NCBI GenBank assembly: GCA_964057225.1
Contig: OZ059896.1
Span: forward strand, 21,328,001 to 21,392,000
Length of the DNA stretch: 64,000 bases
Source: Auanema rhodensis
Taxonomy: Eukaryota; Animalia; Nematoda
Direction: 5' to 3'
Part shown: positions 41,401 through 56,485 of the stretch, piece after piece
How positions within the stretch are numbered: position 1 is the first letter of the stretch
How the letters are laid out: each line of letters begins with the position of its first letter
Translations under genes and position numbers: made by a program
Notes under the pieces: generated by a model
The model's database searches: none
Told to the model about the DNA's origin: nothing
The model's input: the letters and a program-made list of their open reading frames with translations, nothing else

Positions 41401-44400
41401 GCCTTAGTGTATGTTGAGTTTCCATGTACACTCAACATTGCTTCCAAAAACATTTTGACAAAAATTTTTTCGAAAAATTTCAAAATAATTTAGCAAAAAG
41501 TAGATGTTTTTAGATTCCTTTTTTTAAGGCAAAGACGATGGACAATGTTATTCAACGAAAAAATTAATTCTTCAGGGTGAAAATCGAGGATATAAGTGTG
41601 AACTTATATCAGTTGATATCTCGGTGCATTTTTAAGCTAGCGCAAATCTGATAACACAGATCGACGCAGCTTAAAAATCCGCATCGAATGCACTATACTA
41701 CTTTGAGAAACGCTTAATACAAAAATTAGTTATGATCGTTTGAAAAATGATGCATTAGTGTATGTTGAGTTTTCATGTACACTCAACATTGCTTCCAAAA
41801 ACATTTTGACAAAAATTTTTTCGAAAAATTTCAAAATAATTTAGCAAAAAGTAGATGTTTTTAGATTCCTTTTTTTAAGGCAAAGACGATGGACAATGTT
41901 ATTCAACGAAAAAATTAATTCTTCAGGGTGAAAATCGAGGATATAAGTGTGAACTTATATCAGTTGATATCTCGGTGCATTTTTAAGCTAGCGCAAATCT
42001 GATAACACAGATCGACGCAGCTTAAAAATCCGCATCGAATGCACTATACCACATTGAGAAACGCTTAATACAAAAATTAGTTATGATCGTTTGAAAAATG
42101 ATGCATTAGTGTATGTTGAGTTTCCATGTACACTCAACATTGCTTCCAAAAACATTTTGACAAAAATTTTTTCGAAAAATTTCAAAATAATTTAGCAAAA
42201 AGTAGATGTTTTTAGATTCCTTTTTTTAAGGCAAAGACGATGGACAATGTTATTCAACGAAAAAATTAATTCTTCAGGGTGAAAATCGAGGATATAAGTG
42301 TGAACTTATATCAGTTGATATCTCGGTGCATTTTTAAGCTAGCGCAAATCTGATAACACAGATCGACGCAGCTTAAAAATCCGCATCGAATGCACTATAC
42401 TACTTTGAGAAACGCTTAGTACAAAAATTAGTTATGATCGTTTGAAAAATGATGCATTAGTGTATGTTGAGTTTTCATGTACACTCAACATTGCTTCCAA
42501 AAACATTTTGACAAAAATTTTTTCGAAAAATTTCAAAATAATTTAGCAAAAAGTAGATGTTTTTAGATTCCTTTTTTTAAGGCAAAGACGATGGACAATG
42601 TTATTCAACGAAAAAATTAATTCTTCAGGGTGAAAATCGAGGATATAAGTGTGAACTTATATCAGTTGATATCTCGGTGCATTTTTAAGCTAGCGCAAAT
42701 CTGATAACACAGATCGACGCAGCTTAAAAATCCGCATCGAATGCACTATACCACATTGAGAAACGCTTAATACAAAAATTAGTTATGATCGTTTGAAAAA
42801 TGATGCATTAGTGTATGTTGAGTTTCCATGTACACTCAACATTGCTTCCAAAAACATTTTGACAAAAATTTTTTCGAAAAATTTCAAAATAATTTAGCAA
42901 AAAGTAGATATTTTTAGATTCTTTTTTTTAAGGCAAAGACGATGGACGATGTTATTCAACGAAAAAATTAATTCTTCAGGGTGAAAATCGAGGATATAAG
43001 TGTGCACTTATATCAGTTGATATCTCGGTGCATTTTTAAGCTAGCGCAAATCTGATAACACAGATCGACGCAGCTTAAAAATCCGCATCGAATGCACTAT
43101 ACTACATTGAGAAACGCTTAATACAAAAAATAGTTATGATCGTTTGAAAAATGATGCATTAGTGTATGTTGAGTTTCCATGTACACTCAACATTGCTTCC
43201 AAAAACATTTTGACAAAAATTTTTTCGAAAAATTTCAAAATAATTTAGCAAAAAGTAGATGTTTTTAGATTCCTTTTTTCAAGGCAAAGACGATGAACAA
43301 TGTTATTCAACGAAAAAATCAATTCTTCAGGGTGAAAATCGAGGATATAAGTGTGAACTTATATCAGTTGATATCTCGGTGCATTTTTAAGCTAGCGCAA
43401 ATCTGATAACACAGATCGACGCAGCTTAAAAATCCGCATCGAATGCACTATACCACATTGAGAAACGCTTAATACAAAAATTAGTTATGATCGTTTGAAA
43501 AATGATGCATTAGTGTATGTTGAGTTTCCATGTACACTCAACATTGCTTCCAAAAACATTTTGACAAAAATTTTTTCGAAAAATTTCAAAATAATTTAGC
43601 AAAAAGTAGATGTTTTTAGATTCCTTTTTTTAAGGCAAAGACGATGGACAATGTTATTCAACGAAAAAATTAATTCTTCAGGGTGAAAATCGAGGATATA
43701 AGTGTGAACTTATATCAGTTGATATCTCGGTGCATTTTTAAGCTAGCGCAAATCTGATAACACAGATCGACGCAGCTTAAAAATCCGCATCGAATGCACT
43801 ATACCACATTGAGAAACGCTTAATACAAAAATTAGTTATGATCGTTTGAAAAATGATGCATTAGTGTATGTTGAGTTTCCATGTACACTCAACATTGCTT
43901 CCAAAAACATTTTGACAAAAATTTTTTCGAAAAATTTCAAAATAATTTAGCAAAAAGTAGATGTTTTTAGATTCCTTTTTTTAAGGCAAAGACGAATGAC
44001 AATGTTATTCAACGAAAAAATTAATTCTTCAGGGTGAAAATCGAGGATATAAGTGTGAACTTATATCAGTTGATATCTCGGTGCATTTTTAAGCTAGCGC
44101 AAATCTGATAACACAGATCGACGCAGCTTAAAAATCCGCATCGAATGCACTATACTACTTTGAGAAACGCTTAATACAAAAATTAGTTATGATCGTTTGA
44201 AAAATGATGCATTAGTGTATGTTGAGTTTCCATGTACACTCAACATTGCTTCCAAAAACATTTTGACAAAAATTTTTTCGAAAAATTTCAAAATAATTTA
44301 GCAAAAAGTAGATGTTTTTAGATTCCTTTTTTTAAAGCAAAGACGATGGACGATGTTATTCAACGAAAAAATTAATTCTTCAGGGTGAAAATCGAGGATA

Positions 44401-46768
44401 TAAGTGTGCACTTATATCAGTTGATATCTCGGTGCATTTTTAAGCTAGCGCAAATCTGATAACACAGATCGACGCAGCTTAAAAATCCGCATCGAATGCA
44501 CTATACCACATTGAGAAACGCTTAATACAAAAATTAGTTATGATCGTTTGAAAAATGATGCATTAGTGTATGTTGAGTTTCCATGTACACTCAACATTGC
44601 TTCCAAAAACATTTTGACAAAAGTTTTTTCGAAAAATTTCAAAATAATTTAGCAAAAAGTAGATGTTTTTAGATTCCTTTTTTTAAGGCAAAGACGATGG
44701 ACAATGTTATTCAACGAAAAAATTAATTCTTCAGGGTGAAAATCGAGGATATAAGTGTGAACTTATATCAGTTGATATCTCGGTGCATTTTTAAGCTAGC
44801 GCAAATCTGATAACACAGATCGACGCAGCTTAAAAATCCGCATCGAATGCACTATACCACATTGAGAAACGCTTAATACAAAAATTAGTTATGATCGTTT
44901 GAAAAATGATGCATTAGTGTATGTTGAGTTTCCATGTACACTCAACATTGCTTCCAAAAACATTTTGACAAAATTTTTTTCGAAAAATTTCAAAATAATT
45001 TAGCAAAAAGTAGATGTTTTTAGATTCCTTTTTTTAAGGCAAAGACGATGGACGATGTTATTCAACGAAAAAATTAATTCTTCAGGGTGAAAATCGAGGA
45101 TATAAGTGTGCACTTATATCAGTTGATATCTCGGTGCATTTTTAAGCTAGCGCAAATCTGATAACACAGATCGACGCAGCTTAAAAATCCGCATCGAATG
45201 CACTATACTACATTGAGAAACGCTTAATACAAAAAATAGTTATGATCGTTTGAAAAATGATGCATTAGTGTATGTTGAGTTTCCATGTACACTCAACATT
45301 GCTTCCAAAAACATTTTGACAAAATTTTTTTCGAAAATTTTCAAAATAATTTAGCAAAAAGTAGATGTTTTTAGATTCCTTTTTTCAAGGCAAAGACGAT
45401 GAACAATGTTATTCAACGAAAAAATCAATTCTTCAGGGTGAAAATCGAGGATATAAGTGTGAACTTATATCAGTTGATATCTCGGTGCATTTTTAAGCTA
45501 GCGCAAATCTGATAACACAGATCGACGCAGCTTGAAAATCCGCATCGAATGTACTATACTACATTGAGAAACGCTTAATACAAAAATTAGTTATGATCGT
45601 TTGAAAAATGATGCCTTAGTGTATGTTGAGTTTCCATGTACACTCAACATTGCTTCCAAAAACATTTTGACAAAAATTTTTTCGAAAAATTTCAAAATAA
45701 TTTAGCAAAAAGTAGATGTTTTTAGATTCCTTTTTTCAAGGCAAAGACGATGGACAATGTTATTCAACGAAAAAATTAATTCTTCAGGGTGAAAATCGAG
45801 GATATAAGTGTGAACTTATATCAGTTGATATCTCGGTGCATTTTTAAGCTAGCGCAAATCTGATAACACAGATCGACGCAGCTTAAAAATCCGCATCGAA
45901 TGCACTTTACTACTTTGAGAAACGCTTAATACAAAAGTTAGTTATGATCGTTTGAAAATTGATGCATTAGTGTATGTTGAGTTTCCATGTACACTCAACA
46001 TTGCTTCCAAAAACATTTTGACAAAAGTTTTTTCGAAAAATTTCAAAATAATTTAGCGAAAAGTAGATGTTTTTAGATTCCTTTTTTCAAGGCAAAGACG
46101 ATGGACAATGTTATTCAACAAAAAAATTAATTCTTCAGGGTGAAAATCGAGGATATAAGTGTGCACTTATATCAGTTGATATCTCGGTGCATTTTTAAGC
46201 TAGCGCAAATCTGATAACACAGATCGACGCAGCTTAAAAATCCGCATCGAATGCACTATACTACATTGAGAAACGCTCAATACAAAAATTAGTTATGATC
46301 GTTTGAAAAATGATGCCTTAGTGTATTTTGAGTTTCCATGTACACTCAACATTGCTTCCAAAAACATTTTGACAAAAATTTTTTCGAAAAATTTCAAGAT
46401 AATTTAGCAAAAAGTAGATGTTTTTAGATTCCTTTTTTTAAGGCAAAGACGATGGACAATGTTATTCAACAAAAAAATTTATTCTTCAGGGTGAAAATCG
46501 AGGATATAAGTGTGCACTTATATCAGTTGATATCTCGGTGCATTTTTAAGCTAGCGCAAATCTGATAACACAGATCGACGAAGCTTAAAAATCCGCATCG
46601 AATGCACTATACTACATTGAGAAACGCTTAATACAAAAATTAGTTATGATCGTTTGAAAAATGATGCCTTAGTGTATGTTGAGTTTCCATGTACACTCAA
46701 CATTGCTTCCAAAAACATTTTGACAAAAATTTTTTCGAAAAATTTCAAAATAATTTAGCAAAAAGTAG

Positions 46769-47008
46769 ATGTTTTTAGATTCCTTTTTTCAAGGCAAAGA
46801 CGATGGACAATGTTATTCAACGAAAAAATTAATTCTTCAGGGTGAAAATCGAGGATATAAGTGTGCACTTATATCAGTTGATATCTTGGTGCATTTTCAA
46901 GCTAGCGCAAATCTGATAACACAGATCGACGCAGCTCAAAAATCCGCATCGAATGCACTATACTACATTGAGAATCGCTTAATACAAAAATTAGTTATGA
47001 TCGTTTGA
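46769..47008 (+). other. 79-codon open frame in monomer m134, probably non-coding
   Basis: Same monomer class as m6 and m22. Confidence 0.05.
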
Positions 47009-50000
47009 AAATTGATGCATTAGTGTATGTTGAGTTTCCATGTACACTCAACATTGCTTCCAAAAACATTTTGACAAAAACTTTTTCGAAAAATTTCAAA
47101 ATAATTTAGCAAAAAGTAGATGTTTTTAGATTCCTTTTTTCAAGGCAAAGACGATGGACAATGTTATTCAACGAAAAAATTAATTCTTCAGGGTGAAAAT
47201 CGAGGATATAAGTGTGAACTTATATCAGTTGATATCTCGGTGCATTTTTAAGCTAGCGCAAATCTGATAACACAGATCGACGCAGCTTAAAAATCCGCAT
47301 CGAATGCACTTTACTACTTTGAGAAACGCTTAATACAAAAGTTAGTTATGATCGTTTGAAAATTGATGCATTAGTGTATGTTGAGTTTCCATGTACACTC
47401 AACATTGCTTCCAAAAACATTTTGACAAAAGTTTTTTCGAAAAATTTCAAGATAATTTAGCAAAAAGTAGATGTTTTTAGATTCCTTTTTTCAAGGCAAA
47501 GACGATGGACAATGTTATTCAACAAAAAAATTAATTCTTCAGGGTGAAAATCGAGGATATAAGTGTGAACTTATATCAGTTGATATCTCGGTGCATTTTT
47601 AAGCTAGCGCAAATCTGATAACACAGATCGACGCAGCTTGAAAATCCGCATCGAATGTACTATACTACATTGAGAAACGCTTAATACAAAAATTAGTTAT
47701 GATCGTTTGAAAATTGATGCATTAGTGTATGTTGAGTTTCCATGTACACTCAACATTGCTTCCAAAAACATTTTGACAAAAATTTTTTCGAAAAATTTCA
47801 AGATAATTTAGCAAAAAGTAGATGTTTTTAGATTCCTTTTTTCAAGGCAAAGACGATGGACAATGTTATTCAACGAAAAAATTAATTCTTCAGGGTGAAA
47901 ATCGAGGATATAAGTGTGAACTTATATCAGTTGATATCTCGGTGCATTTTTAAGCTAGCGCAAATCTGATAACACAGATCGACGCAGCTTAAAAATCCGC
48001 ATCGAATGCACTTTACTACTTTGAGAAACGCTTAATACAAAAGTTAGTTATGATCGTTTGAAAATTGATGCATTAGTGTATGTTGAGTTTCCATGTACAC
48101 TCAACATTGCTTCCAAAAACATTTTGACAAAAATTTTTTCGAAAAATTTCAAAATAATTTAGCAAAAAGTAGATGTTTTTAGATTCCTTTTTTCAAGGCA
48201 AAGACGATGGACAATGTTATTCAACAAAAAAATTAATTCTTCAGGGTGAAAATCGAGGATATAAGTGTGCACTTATATCAGTTGATATCTCGGTGCATTT
48301 TTAAGCTAGCGCAAATCTGATAACACAGATCGACGCAGCTTAAAAATCCGCATCGAATGCACTATACTACATTGAGAAACGCTCAATACAAAAATTAGTT
48401 ATGATCGTTTGAAAAATGATGCCTTAGTGTATTTTGAGTTTCCATGTACACTCAACATTGCTTCCAAAAACATTTTGACAAAAATTTTTTCGAAAAATTT
48501 CAAAATAATTTAGCAAAAAGTAGATGTTTTTAGATTCCTTTTTTTAAGGCAAAGACGATGGACAATGTTAATCAACAAAAAAATTTATTCTTCAGGGTGA
48601 AAATCGAGGATATAAGTGTGCACTTATATCAGTTGATATCTCGGTGCATTTTTAAGCTAGCGCAAATCTGATAACACAGATCGACGAAGCTTAAAAATCC
48701 GCATCGAATGCACTATACTACATTGAGAAACGCTTAATACAAAAATTAGTTATGATCGTTTGAAAAATGATGCCTTAGTGTATGTTGAGTTTCCATGTAC
48801 ACTCAACATTGCTTCCAAAAACATTTTGACAAAAATTTTTTCGAAAAATTTCAAAATAATTTAGCAAAAAGTAGATGTTTTTAGATTCCTTTTTTCAAGG
48901 CAAAGACGATGGACAATGTTATTCAACGAAAAAATTAATTCTTCAGGGTGAAAATCGAGGATATAAGTGTGAACTTATATCAGTTGATATCTCGGTGCAT
49001 TTTTAAGCTAGCGCAAATCTGATAACACAGATCGACGCAGCTTAAAAATCCGCATCGAATGCACTATACTACTTTGAGAAACGCTTAATACAAAAATTAG
49101 TTATGATCGTTTGAAAAATGATGCATTAGTGTATGTTGAGTTTCCATGTACACTCAACATTGCTTCCAAAAACATTTTGACAAAAATTTTTTCGAAAAAT
49201 TTCAAAATAATTTAGCAAAAAGTAGATGTTTTTAGATTCCTTTTTTTAAGGCAAAGACGATGGACAATGTTATTCAACGAAAAAATTAATTCTTCAGGGT
49301 GAAAATCGAGGATATAAGTGTGAACTTATATCAGTTGATATCTCGGTGCATTTTTAAGCTAGCGCAAATCTGATAACACAGATCGACGCAGCTTAAAAAT
49401 CCGCATCGAATGCACTATACTACTTTGAGAAACGCTTAATACAAAAATTAGTTATGATCGTTTGAAAAATGATGCATTAGTGTATGTTGAGTTTTCATGT
49501 ACACTCAACATTGCTTCCAAAAACATTTTGACAAAAATTTTTTCGAAAAATTTCAAAATAATTTAGCAAAAAGTAGATGTTTTTAGATTCCTTTTTTTAA
49601 GGCAAAGACGATGGACAATGTTATTCAACGAAAAAATTAATTCTTCAGGGTGAAAATCGAGGATATAAGTGTGAACTTATATCAGTTGATATCTCGGTGC
49701 ATTTCTAAGCTAGCGCAAATCTGATAACACAGATCGACGCAGCTTAAAAATCCGCATCGAATGCACTATACCACATTGAGAAACGCTTAATACAAAAATT
49801 AGTTATGATTGTTTGAAAAATGATGCATTAGTGTATGTTGAGTTTCCATGTACACTCAACATTGCTTCCAAAAACATTTTGACAAAAATTTTTTCGAAAA
49901 ATTTCAAAATAATTTAGCAAAAAGTAGATGTTTTTAGATTCCTTTTTTTAAGGCAAAGACGATGGACGATGTTATTCAACGAAAAAATTAATTCTTCAGG

Positions 50001-53000
50001 GTGAAAATCGAGGATATAAGTGTGCACTTATATCAGTTGATATCTCGGTGCATTTTTAAGCTAGCGCAAATCTGATAACACAGATCGACGCAGCTTAAAA
50101 ATCCGCATCGAATGCACTATACTACATTGAGAAACGCTTAATACAAAAAATAGTTATGATCGTTTGAAAAATGATGCATTAGTGTATGTTGAGTTTCCAT
50201 GTACACTCAACATTGCTTCCAAAAACATTTTGACAAAAATTTTTTCGAAAAATTTCAAAATAATTTAGCAAAAAGTAGATGTTTTTAGATTCCTTTTTTC
50301 AAGGCAAAGACGATGAACAATGTTATTCAACGAAAAAATCAATTCTTCAGGGTGAAAATCGAGGATATAAGTGTGAACTTATATCAGTTGATATCTCGGT
50401 GCATTTTTAAGCTAGCGCTAATCTGATAACACAGATCGACGCAGCTTGAAAATCCGCATCGAATGTACTATACTACATTGAGAAACGCTTGATACAAAAA
50501 TTAGTTATGATCGTTTGAAAAATGATGCATTAGTGTATGTTGAGTTTCCATGTACACTCAATATTGCTTCCAAAAACATTTTGACAAAAATTTTTTCGAA
50601 AAATTTCAAAATAATTTAGCAAAAAGTAGATGTTTTTAGATTCCTTTTTTCAAGGCAAAGACGATGGACAATGTTATTCAACGAAAAAATTAATTCTTCA
50701 GGGTGAAAATCGAGGATATAAGTGTGAACTTATATCAGTTGATATCTCGGTGCATTTTTAAGCTAGCGCAAATCTGATAACACAGATCGACGCAGCTTGA
50801 AAATCCGCATCGAATGCACTATACTACTTTGAGAAACGCTTAATACAAAAATTAGTTATGATCGTTTGAAAAATGATGCATTAGTGTATGTTGAGTTTTC
50901 ATGTACACTCAACATTGCTTCCAAAAACATTTTGACAAAAATTTTTTCGAAAAATTTCAAAATAATTTAGCAAAAAGTAGATGTTTTTAGATTCCTTTTT
51001 TTAAGGCAAAGACGATGGACAATGTTATTCAACGAAAAAATTAATTCTTCAGGGTGAAAATCGAGGATATAAGTGTGAACTTATATCAGTTGATATCTCG
51101 GTGCATTTTTAAGCTAGCGCAAATCTGATAACACAGATCGACGCAGCTTAAAAATCCGCATCGAATGCACTATACTACTTTGAGAAACGCTTAATACAAA
51201 AATTAGTTATGATCGTTTGAAAAATGATGCATTAGTGTATGTTGAGTTTTCATGTACACTCAACATTGCTTCCAAAAACATTTTGACAAAAATTTTTTCG
51301 AAAAATTTCAAAATAATTTAGCAAAAAGTAGATGTTTTTAGATTCCTTTTTTTAAGGCAAAGACGATGGACAATGTTATTCAACGAAAAAATTAATTCTT
51401 CAGGGTGAAAATCGAGGATATAAGTGTGAACTTATATCAGTTGATATCTCGGTGCATTTTTAAGCTAGCGCAAATCTGATAACACAGATCGACGCAGCTT
51501 AAAAATCCGCATCGAATGCACTATACCACATTGAGAAACGCTTAATACAAAAATTAGTTATGATCGTTTGAAAAATGATGCATTAGTGTATGTTGAGTTT
51601 CCATGTACACTCAACATTGCTTCCAAAAACATTTTGACAAAAATTTTTTCGAAAAATTTCAAAATAATTTAGCAAAAAGTAGATGTTTTTAGATTCCTTT
51701 TTTTAAGGCAAAGACGATGGACAATGTTATTCAACGAAAAAATTAATTCTTCAGGGTGAAAATCGAGGATATAAGTGTGAACTTATATCAGTTGATATCT
51801 CGGTGCATTTTTAAGCTAGCGCAAATCTGATAACACAGATCGACGCAGCTTAAAAATCCGCATCGAATGCACTATACTACTTTGAGAAACGCTTAGTACA
51901 AAAATTAGTTATGATCGTTTGAAAAATGATGCATTAGTGTATGTTGAGTTTTCATGTACACTCAACATTGCTTCCAAAAACATTTTGACAAAAATTTTTT
52001 CGAAAAATTTCAAAATAATTTAGCAAAAAGTAGATGTTTTTAGATTCCTTTTTTTAAGGCAAAGACGATGGACAATGTTATTCAACGAAAAAATTAATTC
52101 TTCAGGGTGAAAATCGAGGATATAAGTGTGAACTTATATCAGTTGATATCTCGGTGCATTTTTAAGCTAGCGCAAATCTGATAACACAGATCGACGCAGC
52201 TTAAAAATCCGCATCGAATGCACTATACCACATTGAGAAACGCTTAATACAAAAATTAGTTATGATCGTTTGAAAAATGATGCATTAGTGTATGTTGAGT
52301 TTCCATGTACACTCAACATTGCTTCCAAAAACATTTTGACAAAAATTTTTTCGAAAAATTTCAAAATAATTTAGCAAAAAGTAGATATTTTTAGATTCTT
52401 TTTTTTAAGGCAAAGACGATGGACGATGTTATTCAACGAAAAAATTAATTCTTCAGGGTGAAAATCGAGGATATAAGTGTGCACTTATATCAGTTGATAT
52501 CTCGGTGCATTTTTAAGCTAGCGCAAATCTGATAACACAGATCGACGCAGCTTAAAAATCCGCATCGAATGCACTATACTACATTGAGAAACGCTTAATA
52601 CAAAAAATAGTTATGATCGTTTGAAAAATGATGCATTAGTGTATGTTGAGTTTCCATGTACACTCAACATTGCTTCCAAAAACATTTTGACAAAAATTTT
52701 TTCGAAAAATTTCAAAATAATTTAGCAAAAAGTAGATGTTTTTAGATTCCTTTTTTCAAGGCAAAGACGATGAACAATGTTATTCAACGAAAAAATCAAT
52801 TCTTCAGGGTGAAAATCGAGGATATAAGTGTGAACTTATATCAGTTGATATCTCGGTGCATTTTTAAGCTAGCGCAAATCTGATAACACAGATCGACGCA
52901 GCTTAAAAATCCGCATCGAATGCACTATACCACATTGAGAAACGCTTAATACAAAAATTAGTTATGATCGTTTGAAAAATGATGCATTAGTGTATGTTGA

Positions 53001-56000
53001 GTTTCCATGTACACTCAACATTGCTTCCAAAAACATTTTGACAAAAATTTTTTCGAAAAATTTCAAAATAATTTAGCAAAAAGTAGATGTTTTTAGATTC
53101 CTTTTTTTAAGGCAAAGACGATGGACAATGTTATTCAACGAAAAAATTAATTCTTCAGGGTGAAAATCGAGGATATAAGTGTGAACTTATATCAGTTGAT
53201 ATCTCGGTGCATTTTTAAGCTAGCGCAAATCTGATAACACAGATCGACGCAGCTTAAAAATCCGCATCGAATGCACTATACCACATTGAGAAACGCTTAA
53301 TACAAAAATTAGTTATGATCGTTTGAAAAATGATGCATTAGTGTATGTTGAGTTTCCATGTACACTCAACATTGCTTCCAAAAACATTTTGACAAAAATT
53401 TTTTCGAAAAATTTCAAAATAATTTAGCAAAAAGTAGATGTTTTTAGATTCCTTTTTTTAAGGCAAAGACGAATGACAATGTTATTCAACGAAAAAATTA
53501 ATTCTTCAGGGTGAAAATCGAGGATATAAGTGTGAACTTATATCAGTTGATATCTCGGTGCATTTTTAAGCTAGCGCAAATCTGATAACACAGATCGACG
53601 CAGCTTAAAAATCCGCATCGAATGCACTATACTACTTTGAGAAACGCTTAATACAAAAATTAGTTATGATCGTTTGAAAAATGATGCATTAGTGTATGTT
53701 GAGTTTCCATGTACACTCAACATTGCTTCCAAAAACATTTTGACAAAAATTTTTTCGAAAAATTTCAAAATAATTTAGCAAAAAGTAGATGTTTTTAGAT
53801 TCCTTTTTTTAAAGCAAAGACGATGGACGATGTTATTCAACGAAAAAATTAATTCTTCAGGGTGAAAATCGAGGATATAAGTGTGCACTTATATCAGTTG
53901 ATATCTCGGTGCATTTTTAAGCTAGCGCAAATCTGATAACACAGATCGACGCAGCTTAAAAATCCGCATCGAATGCACTATACCACATTGAGAAACGCTT
54001 AATACAAAAATTAGTTATGATCGTTTGAAAAATGATGCATTAGTGTATGTTGAGTTTCCATGTACACTCAACATTGCTTCCAAAAACATTTTGACAAAAG
54101 TTTTTTCGAAAAATTTCAAAATAATTTAGCAAAAAGTAGATGTTTTTAGATTCCTTTTTTTAAGGCAAAGACGATGGACAATGTTATTCAACGAAAAAAT
54201 TAATTCTTCAGGGTGAAAATCGAGGATATAAGTGTGAACTTATATCAGTTGATATCTCGGTGCATTTTTAAGCTAGCGCAAATCTGATAACACAGATCGA
54301 CGCAGCTTAAAAATCCGCATCGAATGCACTATACCACATTGAGAAACGCTTAATACAAAAATTAGTTATGATCGTTTGAAAAATGATGCATTAGTGTATG
54401 TTGAGTTTCCATGTACACTCAACATTGCTTCCAAAAACATTTTGACAAAATTTTTTTCGAAAAATTTCAAAATAATTTAGCAAAAAGTAGATGTTTTTAG
54501 ATTCCTTTTTTTAAGGCAAAGACGATGGACGATGTTATTCAACGAAAAAATTAATTCTTCAGGGTGAAAATCGAGGATATAAGTGTGCACTTATATCAGT
54601 TGATATCTCGGTGCATTTTTAAGCTAGCGCAAATCTGATAACACAGATCGACGCAGCTTAAAAATCCGCATCGAATGCACTATACTACATTGAGAAACGC
54701 TTAATACAAAAAATAGTTATGATCGTTTGAAAAATGATGCATTAGTGTATGTTGAGTTTCCATGTACACTCAACATTGCTTCCAAAAACATTTTGACAAA
54801 ATTTTTTTCGAAAATTTTCAAAATAATTTAGCAAAAAGTAGATGTTTTTAGATTCCTTTTTTCAAGGCAAAGACGATGAACAATGTTATTCAACGAAAAA
54901 ATCAATTCTTCAGGGTGAAAATCGAGGATATAAGTGTGAACTTATATCAGTTGATATCTCGGTGCATTTTTAAGCTAGCGCAAATCTGATAACACAGATC
55001 GACGCAGCTTGAAAATCCGCATCGAATGTACTATACTACATTGAGAAACGCTTAATACAAAAATTAGTTATGATCGTTTGAAAAATGATGCCTTAGTGTA
55101 TGTTGAGTTTTCATGTACACTCAACATTGCTTCCAAAAACATTTTGACAAAAATTTTTTCGAAAAATTTCAAAATAATTTAGCAAAAAGTAGATGTTTTT
55201 AGATTCCTTTTTTCAAGGCAAAGACGATGGACAATGTTATTCAACGAAAAAATTAATTCTTCAGGGTGAAAATCGAGGATATAAGTGTGAACTTATATCA
55301 GTTGATATCTCGGTGCATTTTTAAGCTAGCGCAAATCTGATAACACAGATCGACGCAGCTTAAAAATCCGCATCGAATGCACTTTACTACTTTGAGAAAC
55401 GCTTAATACAAAAGTTAGTTATGATCGTTTGAAAATTGATGCATTAGTGTATGTTGAGTTTCCATGTACACTCAACATTGCTTCCAAAAACATTTTGACA
55501 AAAGTTTTTTCGAAAAATTTCAAAATAATTTAGCGAAAAGTAGATGTTTTTAGATTCCTTTTTTCAAGGCAAAGACGATGGACAATGTTATTCAACAAAA
55601 AAATTAATTCTTCAGGGTGAAAATCGAGGATATAAGTGTGCACTTATATCAGTTGATATCTCGGTGCATTTTTAAGCTAGCGCAAATCTGATAACACAGA
55701 TCGACGCAGCTTAAAAATCCGCATCGAATGCACTATACTACATTGAGAAACGCTCAATACAAAAATTAGTTATGATCGTTTGAAAAATGATGCCTTAGTG
55801 TATTTTGAGTTTCCATGTACACTCAACATTGCTTCCAAAAACATTTTGACAAAAATTTTTTCGAAAAATTTCAAGATAATTTAGCAAAAAGTAGATGTTT
55901 TTAGATTCCTTTTTTTAAGGCAAAGACGATGGACAATGTTATTCAACAAAAAAATTTATTCTTCAGGGTGAAAATCGAGGATATAAGTGTGCACTTATAT

Positions 56001-56245
56001 CAGTTGATATCTCGGTGCATTTTTAAGCTAGCGCAAATCTGATAACACAGATCGACGAAGCTTAAAAATCCGCATCGAATGCACTATACTACATTGAGAA
56101 ACGCTTAATACAAAAATTAGTTATGATCGTTTGAAAAATGATGCCTTAGTGTATGTTGAGTTTCCATGTACACTCAACATTGCTTCCAAAAACATTTTGA
56201 CAAAAATTTTTTCGAAAAATTTCAAAATAATTTAGCAAAAAGTAG

Positions 56246-56485
56246 ATGTTTTTAGATTCCTTTTTTCAAGGCAAAGACGATGGACAATGTTATTCAACGA
56301 AAAAATTAATTCTTCAGGGTGAAAATCGAGGATATAAGTGTGCACTTATATCAGTTGATATCTTGGTGCATTTTCAAGCTAGCGCAAATCTGATAACACA
56401 GATCGACGCAGCTCAAAAATCCGCATCGAATGCACTATACTACATTGAGAATCGCTTAATACAAAAATTAGTTATGATCGTTTGA
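56246..56485 (+). other. 79-codon open frame in monomer m161, probably non-coding
   Basis: Copy of m134 within the 27-mer duplication. Confidence 0.05.

Noticed and set aside
1845-56485. Four 79-aa ORFs as a protein-coding gene family
   Set aside because: They are 4 of 182 satellite monomers. All other monomers have in-frame stops, there is no recognisable domain, and the copies are explained by array duplications.
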